From: Squalus acanthias
Taxonomy: Eukaryota
Assembly (NCBI GenBank): GCA_030390025.1
Contig: CM059432.1
Location: forward strand, 119,414,001-119,478,000
DNA: 64,000 bases
Reading direction: 5' to 3'
The position numbers and the translations under genes were made by a program. The notes under the pieces are model-generated. The model did no database searches. It was given only the letters and a program-made list of their open reading frames with translations, and had not been told where the DNA came from. Numbering within the stretch: the stretch's first letter is position 1; each line of letters begins with the position of its first letter. This document shows positions 1 to 11,926 of the stretch, in pieces.

Positions 1-367
1 TGATGACGATGTTGAAAACTGGGTCCAATAGAGCGAGCCACATTTGTCACTGAACTGTGAGAATAGGCGGGCCCATAGTTTCCCCATATATTCTTCAACA
101 TTTTCTCCTGCTATTTTTACCTGACCGAAATAAATCACTCGTCTCAAACCTTTTTTTTTCACCAAAGTTGAAAAAATAAAGGCATTGAATTTCTGCAGGT
201 GTTCTCCCAATGGTCCGCCATAACTTCAACTGGCAATCAGTAGAAATCCCGGAGCTTTTCCGGAGTTTCCGCTGATCTTCCACCAGAGTTACGGCGGACG
301 ATCTGGAGAACCCTGGTGGAAACTCAACACCGAAGTTGGCATAAAACAAGCAAAAGGATGGATTTAT

Positions 368-519
368 GGGGTAATTTTCTGACTTTGCACTACCGGTGGG
401 GAGCCTCAGTCACCAGAAGTGCATATCAGAAATTCTCATACACGTTGTGCGCAATTTTCCAATGTGGCCTCCCAGTGGGTGAGGCTTCCTCCCGCAATGT
501 GAAGTTGGGAAATGATCCT
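368..519. mobile_element. Short non-autonomous TIR element (Harbinger-type MITE)
   Basis: Left end GGGGTAATTTTCTGACTTTGCAC vs reverse complement of right end AGGATCATTTCCCAACTTCACAT; TAT on both flanks (365-367, 520-522). Confidence 0.65.
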
Positions 520-1431
520 TATAATTTTCGCTCTAATGTTCTATGCTTGCAGTGTGGTACTTCATAAGCTATTGTAAAATAAAGAATTTGACTTGAAAGT
601 GTTAATTTTGTTGTACATTTTATTGTTGTACACTTTCATATTGTGTGATCTAAAATGTGATCTTCATTTACAATACTTTTGAGGCTAAAGATTACTGTGT
701 GTGATATTAGTGGGTAGAGGATGAACACTTTCATATGACATCATTTTATCTGGTATTTTAACAGACAATAATACTCCAGTAAAGCAAACAGTTTAACACA
801 TCTATTGAAATAGCAGACAAAGAAATATATAAAGATTCATATGGTAATGTCATATACAGCAATTTCTAGGTTTTTTTCTTTTAAAGCACTCTAAAAGGAA
901 TAGAAACAAAAACATGAATGTCTCTAATAGAAAAATATATTTTGCCTCTAAGGATGTTATCTCATGTTTCAGAAATGCACTTGCTCTAATTTGGTTAACA
1001 AATGTGCTGCTCTTATCTTCATTACAGAAATTCTCTGTTGTATTCCAAAAGTGTCAATTATGCCAGAGTTAAAGGAAAGAAATGACACTTTATAGACCAT
1101 CTGGAGAAACTTTAGGCAACTCTACAAATCTGTACTTTATAAATTGCATAGTGTTTCTCAAGCACTTTTATAGAAGAGTTCAAATTGAATTGTTTCTACA
1201 TTATTCATTTTAACTTAATGGAGACAGACAGTATAGTACTTCCTCCTTAATGCGTGTCAGCTATGCCTCAAAGGGGCATAAGGAAGAAAGCCAATTTTCA
1301 TTATTTAGCATGAAATTCTGTACAAATTTATCAAACCTCTTAGCAGTACAAACCATAGGTAGCCCATTCTTAATAAACTCAAAAGTACTTTGTTATGAAA
1401 GGTTATTTTTAAATGTTTTATGTGTTCTCAG

Positions 1432-2412
1432 GCAAGGCAGCATTTATTGCTCATCCGCAATCGACCTGAGAAGATGGTGGCAGACGTTCTCATTGAACCA
1501 CAGCAGTCGTTGTGGAGGTGGTGCTCTCACGATGGTGTCAGTTAGAGAGCTCTAGGATATTGACCCAATGACAGCATAGGAATGCTGATATATCTCCAAG
1601 TAAGGATGATGTGTGACTGGGAGGAGAACTTAAAGTTGATGGTATTCCCAGGACATTGCTGCCCTTGTCCTTCTAGATGGTAAGCGGAGTGAGGTGCAGT
1701 TGAAGAAACCTTGGTGAGTGAATCCTGTAGATAGTAAATATTGCAGCCACAGTGCATCGGTGGTGAAGGAGAATGCTGATCTAGTAACCTGCTCTATCCT
1801 AGATGGCGTTGAGCTTCCTGAGTGTTGTTACGGCTGAAGCCATTCAGCCTAGTGATGAATATTCCACTACACGCCTGACTTGAGCCTTGAAGATAGTGGA
1901 GTGGCTTTGAGGGGCCAGGAGGTGAGCTGTTTGTCATGGAGTACGCAGCCTCTGTCCTGCGCTTGTAGCCATGGTGTTGACATGACTGGTCCACTATTCT
2001 AGTCAATAGTGATCTCCAAGATGGTGATGGTGGGCAACTCAGTGACGTTGGTGCTGTTGAAAGTCTGGGGGAGATGGCTAGCCTTTAGCCTTTCTCTTGC
2101 TCAAGATGATCACCACCTGGCATTTATATGGCAGAAATGTTACCTACCACTTGTTAATCCAATCCTAAATGCTGTTTTATGTCCTATTGTAGGCGGGCAT
2201 GGACTGCTTCATTATCAGAGGGGTTTGTGAATGGAGCTGCATGCTGTGAAATCATAAACAGGCCCACTGCTGACCTTATGACAGAGTGAAGTTTATTGAT
2301 GAAGATAAAGATAGCTGGGCCAAGGATACTTCTCTGAGGAACTCCTGCAGCAATGTCCTGAGGCTGTGATGCTTGGCCTCCAACAACTACAACCATCTTC
2401 CTTCATGCCAGG
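1432..2412 (-). mobile_element. Degenerate LINE (family B, CR1/L2 group) 3' fragment
   Basis: ORF 2184-2396 VVVVGGQASQPQDIAAGVPQRSILGP matches the RT of the copy at 3251-4797; many lesions. Confidence 0.85.
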
Positions 2413-2477
2413 TTTTGGTAGGGTTATGCTCCGATCATAGAATCATAACATTTTCAGCACAGAAAGTTGTTTAATTA

Positions 2478-2995
2478 GGCCCCAAAATTTGTGTGCCCGC
2501 AATCTGTTATCAAAAGTGCGGCAGGGAAGGAATTGAGTGTGTCAATATGCATCGAGATTGATCCCATTGGAAATCTTTGGATTACCTGATTAGCATAATG
2601 CTGGGTGGGAAAAAGCTGTGACTCCCACCAGCAATAGGCCTCCAAACAGAATAGGTGTCGCTGAGAAATGTGGAGTGAGCCATCATTTAAAAGCAGCCTG
2701 CATTTAAAGGTAGCTGTCAGTTAAGAGGAAATGGAGTTGGCAGCCGCAAATCGAAGGGAAAAAAAGAACATCCACTTTTAGTGAAAGTAAGTTGGAGCAT
2801 CTCTTAAGTGAGATAAGGCGGGGAAGCAATGCACATTTTAGCGCTAGAGGCAAAAAGCCTGCAACTTGTGCTGCAAGAACTATTTGGAAGGAAGTGGCAA
2901 ATGAAGTGGCATTGGCAGTAAGTGGAACATCCCCAACCAGCAGAATATCACCTGCGAAAGGTTCAATGATCTGGCAAGGGCAGCACAGGTAAATG
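2478..2995 (+). mobile_element. Old Harbinger remnant with Myb/SANT-like exon 1
   Basis: GGCCCCAAAATTT-type terminus; TTAAAAGCAGCCTGCATTTAAAG motif as in other copies; translation RTSTFSESKLEHLLSEIRRG...IWKEVANEV; donor-like CAG|GTAAAT near 2988. Confidence 0.55.
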
Positions 2996-3250
2996 TTATG
3001 GCAGCTATGTGTCAAGACTAATTAGTACCACAGAACCATAGTGGGGAATTTTTCGGGGGGTCAGCAGGCGTGTTTGGTGGAGGGTCAGGTGGGAAAAAAC
3101 ATTTTTGACAGCAGGTAGGGAACCCGCTGTCAACCTGCTGCCACGTTAGTTTCCCAGATGTCAGGTCTGTCATCACTGAACAGACCCAACACCAAGCAGC
3201 AGGGGAGGCAATTTAAATGAATAAGAGTTGGTTAACAGGCACTTAAAAAC

Positions 3251-4797
3251 TTTTTTTTTATTCGTTCATGGGATGAGGGCATCGCTGGCAAGGCCAGCAT
3301 TTATTGCCCATCCCTATTTGCCCTTGAGAAGGTGGTGATGAGCAGCCTTCTTGAACCGCTGCAGTCCGTGCAGTGCAAGTGCTCCCACAGTGCTGTTAGG
3401 GAGGGAATTTCAGGATTTTGACCAAGCGACGATGAAGGAACGGAGATATACTTCCAAATCAGGATGGTGTGTGACTTGGAGATGAACTTGGAGGTGGTGG
3501 TGTTCCCATGCACCTGCTGCCCTTGTCGTTCTAGGTGGAAGAGGTCGCGGGTTTGGGAGGTGCTGCTGAAGAAGCCTTGGCGAGTTGCTGCAGTGCATCT
3601 TGTAGATGGTACACATTGTAGTCACAGTACGCCGGTAGTGGAGGGAGTGAATGTTTAAGGTGGTGGATGGGTTGCCAATCAAGCAGGCTACTTTGTCCTG
3701 AATGGTGTCGAGCTTCTTCAGTGTTGTTGGAGCTGCATCCAGGCAAGTGGAGAGTATTCCATCACACTCCTTACTTGTGCCTTGTAGATGGTGGAAAGGC
3801 TTTGGGGAGTCAGGAGGTGAGACACTCACCACAGAATATCTAGCCTCTGACCTGCTCTTGTAGCCACAGTATTTGTGTGGCTGGTCCAGTTAAGTTTCTG
3901 ATCAATGGTGACCCCCAGGATGTTGATGGTGGGGGATTCGGCGATGGTAATGCCATTGAATGTCAAGGGGTGGTGGTTAGACTCTCGCTTGTTGGAGATA
4001 GTCATTGCCTGGCACTTGTGAGGCGCAAATATTACCTGCCACTTATCAGCCCAAGCCTGAACGTCGTCCATGTCTTGTTGCATGCTGACATGGACTGCTT
4101 CATTATCTGAGGAGTTGCGAATAGCACTGAACACTGTGCAGTCATCAGCGAACATTCCCATTTATGACCTTATGTTGGAGGGAAGGTCATTGATGAAGCA
4201 GCTGAAGATGGTTGGGCCTAGGACACTACCCTGAGGAACTCCTGCCGCGATGTCCTGGGGCTGTGATGATTGACCTCCAACCACCACAACCATCTTCCTT
4301 TGTGCTAGGTATGACTCCAGCCAGTTGAGAATTTTCCCTCCGTTTCCCATTGACTTCAGTTTTATTCGGCCTCCTTCATGTCACACTCGGTCAAATGCTG
4401 CCTTGATGTCAAGGGCAGTCATTCTCACCTCACCTCTGGAATTCAGCTCCTTTTTCCATGTTTGGACCAAGGCTGTAATGAGGTCTGGAGCCAAGTGGTC
4501 TTGGCGGAACCCAAACTGGGCATCAGTGAGCAGGTTATTGGTGAGTAAGTGCCGCTTGATAGCATTGTCGATGACTCCTTCCATCACTTTGCTGATGATT
4601 GAGAGTAGACTGAGGGGGCGATAATTGGCCGGATTGGATTTGTCCTGCTGTTTTCCACATTGTCGGATAGATATCAGTGTTGTAGCTGTACTGGAACAGC
4701 TTGGCTAGAGGCGCGGCTAGTTCTGGAGCACAAGTCTTCAGCACGGTAGCCGGGATGTTGTCGGGGCCCATAGCCTTTGCTGTATCCAGTGCGCTCA
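3251..4797 (-). mobile_element. 5'-truncated LINE family B (RT domain and 3' tail), frameshifted
   Basis: ORF pieces KAMGPDNIP, AQFGFR, ALDIKAAFDRV, GVPQGSVLGP, MFADD; 3' end GGGCAATAAATGCTGGCC...GAATAAAAAAAA. Confidence 0.93.
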
Positions 4798-5839
4798 CCT
4801 TTAAATTTTCTAAGGTCGCCCACGGGTTCCCCGCTGCTCCGGGAATCACGTCAGGTAAGCAGGTTGGGAGTTGTGTCACCATGATATAATTTCTTTACTT
4901 GACAGCTGCAAATGTGTTATAAAAGCTCCCATCTCAGAGCTGTTCACTTTCCAAGGTCAGAAGCTATTGCTTACTGCATTTGGAAGACAAATTGAGCTTT
5001 ATGCAGGTTTCAAGTGTTGGGAGTAAACTCTCTATCCAATGTCACCTCATTGGAACAACATCTCTCACCACTGACAGATCGCTACTGTCATCTCTACTTC
5101 ACCTGACATCTCTTCTATCAGCATGGGTGGCCTTGAAACTCTCTCATCTTGGTCCTCAGAATCCCACCACAATCAGCCCCAACACCAGCAGCACCAGGCA
5201 CACCAGCAGCACCAACAACAACACCAACCTTCTCTGCAATCAACTGATGCTGCACAGGACACAGGGCATCAGCACCTAACCACATTGCTGGCCGGTAGGC
5301 CAGGGATGGGGTCACCATAGCCAGATTTACTTCATTTGACGCTGTACACCCTGGCTGCCACATGATGCACCAGGTTGGCACCACCCCACAGCAACACCAT
5401 AAAATGTCCCGACAATGTCCAAGCCATTCCTCCCACACTCATTGCCATTGTGGGGGGTACTGTTATGTCTCACCATTCACTGCAACTCAATAAGCCACAT
5501 CCTAAGGTGCACACAAATCTGTCAAATAACGCAAAGTGCTAAAAATAAAGATTTCAATGTTTAACAGCACATTAACAGAAACTTTACATGAACATTGGCT
5601 AAAACACTCAAGTGCCTACCCTTGTGTGTTGTTAGTTGGTTTGATTGGACTAGGATGAGGGTGAGTGTGACGGGTGGCTAGTGAGATGGGGATGTGATAA
5701 TGTAGATAGAGAGGGATGGGTGGAGGTGCAAGGTAAGTTGGTGTGAGTAAGGATGTGCAGGAGTAGGGTAGGGAAGACAGAGTTATGGGGATGCGATGAG
5801 CGGCACAGCAGGATGACGTTGAGTGTGGCTTTGCAGTAA

Positions 5840-6062
5840 CGTTTCGTGATCTACTGAGATCATCGAAAGGTTTGCGCCAGTGCAGCCTTGTCCTCCTAAC
5901 GACATCCCTGCTTGTGTCCTACTGTGCAATGTACAACCAGGCTGCGTTGGTCTCCTGGGGAGGTCTCTTCCGCCCATTGGAAGGGAAGCGAACCTCCCTG
6001 AGTGCTGTGACTCCCTCTATAAACACATGGAGGGAGTCATGGGAGAGCCTGGGTGCAGCCAT
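5840..6062 (-). pseudogene. Myb/SANT-like DNA-binding exon of Harbinger family 2
   Basis: MAAPRLSHDSLHVFIEGVTALREVRFP...AWLYIAQ*DTSRDVVRRTRLHWRKPFDDLSRS: Myb_DNA-bind_5/MSANTD-like pattern with an in-frame stop. Confidence 0.75.
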
Positions 6063-6939
6063 GCACCTCTGTGCAGTGCTTGTCAGTGTTTGCAGCACCT
6101 CAATGCTGTAGAACACTGACAGCACAAATGTCAAAATAAATTTGCGCATGTTCCTTTTATGGAAACCGGCTGATGACCTCATCAGACCCGCTTCCTTCAA
6201 TTGGCCGGGAAACATGCTGGGCAGGCTTAACAAGCCCAATCAACGTAAGATCACTTTGGACAGCGGGCTGGAGCTAGCAGCAGGATCGCACCCCGCCACC
6301 GACTCCAGCTGCACCGGACCCACCAGGGTAGGGGAAATCACAGCCATAGAGACAAGTGTGCACCACATGGTCCAAGTCATCCAGCACTACTCTGTGAAGT
6401 TTCATAATGAGCAAGAAATTAACAGCTGTAGTTGCTCTAGCACCTGGACAACTCCAAATCACCATCCCTCTTGTGCATCCATGCATTAATGTCTTGTGAA
6501 CTGTCTCTTTGCATGCTAAAGTTCTCACATGCTACATAGAAGTATCAGATAATAGGTTGTTAATATCTTATAAGGAAAAGGCCATGGAGATTCTAAGGAG
6601 GAACTCATCAAAAAAGTAAGAGTTATAGAAACTGTAGGTCCTACAACTCAGATCAGCTGAAGTCTTGGGAATTTAAACAAGCACAAAATGTTTACATCTA
6701 TAAATATAATTGTACGTAGAACCCTGATGAAGCAGAAAAGGAATTACTACAATCAGCTCATCTATCTGAAGGTCTTTATTAATATTTTTATCTCTAAAGA
6801 AGCAAGAAAATGAGATACACAGGAACATGGCCCAGATGGAGAGATTTGAGGAGCATCAGAAAATTCCCCACTCCGTCATTCATGGCTGATTCCATTACCA
6901 CCCGCTTTGCATCCCCACTGAAGTTGGAATTTAGCCCTA

Positions 6940-7110
6940 TAATCTTGAAATTTGATGGTCACACAAAAGTAGGAGGTTTGGCAAAACAGTGAGGAGGACC
7001 GGAAAAGACCTCAGGAAGATATAGACAGGTTAGTGGAATGAGCAGACAGGCGGTAGATGTAATTTAACGTGGATAAGTGTGAGCTAATAGATTTGGGTAG
7101 AAAAGAAACC
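6940..7110 (+). mobile_element. Degenerate CR1 RT fragment
   Basis: Resembles FADDTKVGG...LQEDIDRLVEW...FNVDKCE region of the CR1 copies in this window. Confidence 0.7.
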
Positions 7111-7441
7111 AAGAATAGGGCCTAGAAATTGGTTTGCCCCTGAAAACGGGCGTGGGAATCACGATGCGTGATCAACCCTTGCCCGTTCAGAGGAATGCAG
7201 GCAGTACACAAACTTTGTGCTGTCTACTCATTTCCATGTGACTGCAGCATTCAGCCCAGCACTGAAAGAGCTGCTGAGTGGCTGAATGCTTAGCAGGGGT
7301 CCCACGTTTGTATGAGGCTCGCACCACTTAAAGCAAGCCTGCACTACTTAAAGGCAGCCAGCACCTCTTAAAGGGGAGGTGCATTCTGCCTGCAGCAGCT
7401 CATTGAATTGCCTGGGGAAGACAATGAAAAATAAACTAATG

Positions 7442-9430
7442 ATGGCACAACAGGGGAGAGAGCATGCACCAAGGTTCTCCGATGCAGCACTGGAGGCCTT
7501 GCTGCAGGAAGTGGACAGGAGAGAGAGGTCCTCTTTCCACAGCGGGCCAGGAGGACCTCCAAGCAACAGTGTAAAGTGCAGTGGGAGCAGATAGCCGCTG
7601 TGGTGAATGCCAGCAGTGCAACCCCCAGGACCTGGACGCAGTGCAGGAAGAAGTGTCGTGCCCTCACACGATCGGTCAAGGTCGGTGAATTCATCTTCAA
7701 ATGCCATATCCCACCATCTACACCACTGCTCAATGCACCACACCCCATCACTCACAGAATCACAGAATCCCCACAATGCAGATAGAGGCCATTTTGGCCC
7801 ATCGAGCCTGCACCGACACATATCCCACCCTATCCCCGTAACCCCACGTATTTAATCCCCCTAACATTAAGGGTCAATTTATCATAGCCAAATCAACCTA
7901 ACCCGCACATCTTTGGACTATCATCACCTACCAACAATCTCTGCCAAACACGACTCATACCTCACACACTTACCACTGCTGCAAGCCTCACATCCACATC
8001 TCACAGCTTGCACACACTGCCAGCTATTCAACCATGACAGGCACATCACCGAAACACACTGCACTACACTCACTGACATGTTTCCCTTCCTCTTGCAGGT
8101 TAAGGTGGCTTATAACCGGCATCAGTAGCAACTAACCGGCAAAGGACAGGGGCACCTGCAAAACATCAACCCCATGCAGGAGACGGTGCTGGTCATTCTT
8201 GGGAGGGGCTTCGCTGAGCCTGTGGCCAGTGGCGGGGCTGAAAGAATATAAGATGCCAGTATCCTTATACGTTATCCTCCTTCTCACATCTCACTTCCTC
8301 CTCATCCCACAATCACTATCGATTTACAAGCTGTACATGGTGTAAGCATGCACCTCTTGCTTTCACCACCCACCCCCTGCCCGCCACCCCCCCACCACAA
8401 CCCTACACTTGTGCCTTTCTCATTTCACAGACCCAAGAGATCCAACCTGCCCAGCCAGTGGTGCAAGAAGAAGAGGAAGAGGAGAGTGATGATGAAGAAG
8501 AAACACTGTCATTCGATCTGACACTCGCAACCACCAGCTCAGATACTGTCACTGCGCGGAGTTTAGAGGATAGCTTAGAGGCGGGATCTGCACGTGTTGA
8601 GTCACCGGATCTCCGTGGGCTACAGCCAGGGCAGGGAGAAAGGGTAGAGCAGGTGCCAGCTCCCCAAAGGGCGAGGTCGCACACGTGTTCTGCAGCAGAG
8701 GGCTCAGATGAGGACTTTGATGGGGCGGCATACAGAAGAACGCTGATGGGTATGCACAATGAAATGCTTGGTGCATTGACAGGCCTGACGAAAGCCTGAG
8801 TGCAATGTCTAGGAGCATGGAGGAGTCCGGCACCAACCTTGCACAGGGCTTTGCACAGAGCTTGGAGCCCATGATTTCCATTAGCGCACTTGTGGACCCA
8901 ACCATGATGCAGTGTCTGATGGTCGATATCTCAGCTTCCACTGGAGCACAAGCAGAAGACACCCAACATCTGAGTGCTGCAGTGGAAGTTTAGACCTCTG
9001 GCATGCAAGGTCAGTTTGCTTTCATGCAGGCTCAGATTGCTGCCACACAAGCTCAGACTGCTGCCATTGTGGCTGCATTTAGCAATGTGGAAAGAGGCTT
9101 GCAGGGTGTCACAACAGTCCAGCAACCTTTCCTCCAAAAGATGGCTAGGAATGCTGAGACACTGCCCCGGGGGAATGGCAGTGGCTCTGTCAGGATGACA
9201 GCAATCGTTCTCCCACCACTGCCACTCCGGCATTGCCCTTGCTGTTGCCTGTCTACCTGCCGTCCATGCCAAGGTGGTGCAGTCCGCAGCTGGGCCTTCT
9301 AGGCCCAGAGTTGCTCAAGGTCATCCTGCAAGGCCATCTGCAGTCTCCCCCACTGAGAGTCAGCAGCCTTCCACCAGCCATACTGCAGCCACTGGGGTAG
9401 CACTTTGTAGGAGCACTAGGACAGGAAAAG
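7442..9430 (+). pseudogene. Harbinger Myb/SANT-like protein gene, 3 exons (7442-7680, 8099-8258, ~8429-9430), disrupted
   Basis: MAQQGREHAPRFSDAALEALLQEV...QWEQIAAVVN...RTWTQCRKK; acidic EEEEEESDDEEE segment and coiled-coil-like tail; frameshift near 7527 and stops in exon 2. Confidence 0.85.
7753..7919 (-). mobile_element. HE1-type V-SINE 3' fragment in Myb intron 1
   Basis: Reverse complement AGTCCAAAGATGTGCGGGTTAGGTTGATTTGGCTATGATAAATTGACC...GGGCCAAAATGGCCTCT...GATTCTGTGATTCTGTG; absent from homologous introns in copies C and D. Confidence 0.7.
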
Positions 9431-9552
9431 GCACATGCTTCTTTTGTGGTATCTTCTATTTCACCATTGTGTCCAAGAGGATGCTGTGATGATCAGTAAC
9501 AGAGGGAAGGTAAGGTGTGGGACAAATGTTGAAAGGGGAATTGGGGTTGCTT

Positions 9553-10325
9553 TCACTGGTACCTCCGTCGGATGAGTTGCTCACGGACAGCCTGGGCAGA
9601 AAGGGGCTGTCTTGGTTGCTATCTCCCTTCTGCTTCCTCCTCTTCCGCTTCCTCCTCCTCCTCCTCTTCCCCCCTTCTCGTCTTCTTCTTCCTCCTCCTC
9701 CTCCTCCTCAGCTGGTCACCATAGGCCTGGTGGCAAGGGCTGGGCCCTCGCGATGACGAGGTTGTAGAGCATGCAGCAGACCACGGTGACTCTTGAGACG
9801 CTTTCTGGTGAGTACTGCAGGGCTCCTCCAGAGTGGTCCAGGAAGTGGAACCATTGTTTAAGGACGTCAATGGTCTGCACTATCAGGTTCCATTTGGCCG
9901 GATAGCTCTCATTGTATGCATGCTGCCCACGTGTGGTTGGGTTGCGGAGTCATGAGCCAGGTGGTCAGCAGATAGCCCTTGTCGCCCAGTAGCCACCCTC
10001 TGGTTTCTCTTGGTGGCTCAAAGACTGAGGAAACAGTGGATTGGAGCAGATTAAAGGCATCATGACTGCTGCCGGGATACCGGGCATTCAGCATCATGAT
10101 GTGCTGAGCATGGTAGCACACCAACTGCACATTCAGCGAGTGGTAACCTTTGCGGTTGTGGTACATCTCAGCATTTAGCTGCGTCGCCCGCAAAGCCATG
10201 TGTGTGCAGTCGATGGTGCCCTGCACCATGGGGAAGCCTGACATCCTGGCATAGCCACGTTCACACTCTGCCTGCTTCTCTCTGGTTAGAGAAAAGACAA
10301 TGAACTCCCCTCTTCTGGCAAAAAG
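9553..10325 (-). pseudogene. HARBI1-like Harbinger DDE transposase, C-terminal two thirds
   Basis: GFPMVQGTIDCTH, YHNRKGYHSLNVQLVC, ARYPGSSHDAF, WLLGDKGY, then after a frameshift LKQWFHFLDHSGGALQYSPE...CCMLYNL, Glu-rich tail, stop at 9553. Confidence 0.92.
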
Positions 10326-10331
10326 TGTGTC

Positions 10332-10759
10332 TTTTTTTTATTCATTTATGGGATATGGACGTCGCCAGACTTTATTGCCCATGCCTAATTGCCCTCGAGA
10401 AGATGGTGGTGAGCCACCTTCTTGAATACAACTGAGAGGCTTGCTAGGCCATTTCAGAAGGCAGTTAAGATTCAACCACATTGCTGTGGGTTTGGAGTCA
10501 CATATAGGCCAGACCGGGTAAGGACGGCAGATTTGCTTCCCTAAAGGACATTAGTGAACCAGATGGGTTTTTACGACAATCTGGTAGTTTCATGGTCAAC
10601 ATTACTGATACTAGCTTATTATTCCAGATTCATTTAATTGAATTTAAATTCCCCAGCTACCATGGTGCGATTCTGAATTCATGAATTCATGTCTCCGGAT
10701 CATTAGTCCAGGTCTCTGCATTACTAGTCCAGTAACATAACCACTGTGCTAACGTACCC
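10332..10759 (-). mobile_element. tRNA-headed SINE with LINE family B 3' tail
   Basis: Head GGGTACGTTAGCACAGTGGTTATGTTACTGGACTAG (A-box-like); tail GGGCAATAAA...CCCATAAATGAATAAAAAAAA; homologues at 49125 and 59225. Confidence 0.85.
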
Positions 10760-10855
10760 ATCATCTGTCACCTCTCTTGTCACCTGCAGCAATGGATTGC
10801 GGGTGGCTTTCCGGCATGTAAGTATCGAAGAGCTTTTTAACTTCTTCTGGCTTCT

Positions 10856-11926
10856 GTGATGGTCCCCACCATCACAGAAGCCAGTCTCCAGCCAATTCGA
10901 TTCACTCCACGTGATATCAAGAAACGGCTGAGCGCACTGGATATAGCAAAGGCTATGAGCCCCGACAACATCCCGGCTGTCATGCTGAAGACTTGTGCTC
11001 CAGAACTAGCCACGCCGCTAGCCGAGCTGTTCCAGTACAGCTACAACACTAGCATCTACCCGACAATGTGGAAAACTGCCCAGGTATGTCCTGTCCACAA
11101 AAAGCAGGACAAATTCAATCTGGCCAATTACCGCCCCATCGGTCATCAGCAAAGTGATGGAAGGTGTCGTTGACAGTGCTATCAAGTGGCACTTACTCAC
11201 CAATAACCTGCTCACTGATGCTCAGTTTGGGTTCTGCCAGGACCACTCTGCTCCAGACCTCAATATAGCCTTGGTCCAAAAAGAACTGAATTCCAGAGGT
11301 GAGGTGAGAGTGACTGCCCTTGACATCAAGGCAGTATTTGACCAATTGTGGCATCAACGAGCTCTAATAAAATTGAAGTCAATGGGAATCAGTGGGAAAA
11401 CTCTCCACTGGCTGGAGTCATACCTAGCACAAAGGAAGATGGTTGTGGTTGTCGGAGGTCAATCATCGCTGCCACAGGACATTGCTGCAGGAGTTCCTCA
11501 GAGCAGTGTCCTAGGCTCAACCATCTTCAGCTGCTTCATCAATGATTTTCCCTCCATCATAAGATCAGAAGTGGGGATGCTCGCTGATGATTACACAGTG
11601 TTCAGTTCCATTCGCAACTCCTCAGAAGATGAAGCAGTCCATGCCCGCATGCAACAAGACCTAGACGACATTCAGGCATGGGCTGATAAGTGGCAAGTAA
11701 CATTCGTGCCATGCAAGTTCCAGGCAATGACTATCTCCAATAAGAGAGAGTCTAACCACCGCCCCTTGACATTCAACGGCATTACCATCGCTGAAAACCC
11801 CACCATCAACATCTGGGGGTCACCATTGATCAGCGACTTAACTGGACCAGCCACATAAATACTGTGGCAACAAGAACAGGTCAGAGGCTGGGTATTCTGC
11901 AGCGAGTGTCTCAGCTCCTGACTCCC
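10856..11926 (+). mobile_element. LINE family B RT fragment
   Basis: ORFs 10856-11173 and 11154-11858: NYRPI, AQFGF, ALDIKAVFD, GVPQSSVLG, MLADD. Confidence 0.93.

Larger units (their letters stand above)
3041..6345. mobile_element. Internally deleted Harbinger element (family 2), interrupted by a LINE at 3251-4797
   Basis: 3041-3245 and 4800-5660 are inverted homologues of 11927-13008; Myb exon on - at 5840-6062; right terminus GGAAATCACAGCC; ATA on both flanks (candidate TSD, TIR match weak). Confidence 0.65.
7118..10330. mobile_element. PIF/Harbinger transposon (family 1, copy B) with convergent Myb and transposase genes; right end lost or disrupted
   Basis: Terminus GGGCCTAGAAATT shared with 30143 and 46918; Myb gene on +, HARBI1-like gene on -. 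Confidence 0.9.

Noticed and set aside
520..1430. Exons of a neighbouring gene such as NETO1
   Set aside because: AT-rich sequence with no recognisable protein similarity in any frame.
9553..10325. Host HARBI1 gene
   Set aside because: Frameshifted, third catalytic position altered, 5' part missing, and embedded in a multi-copy element.
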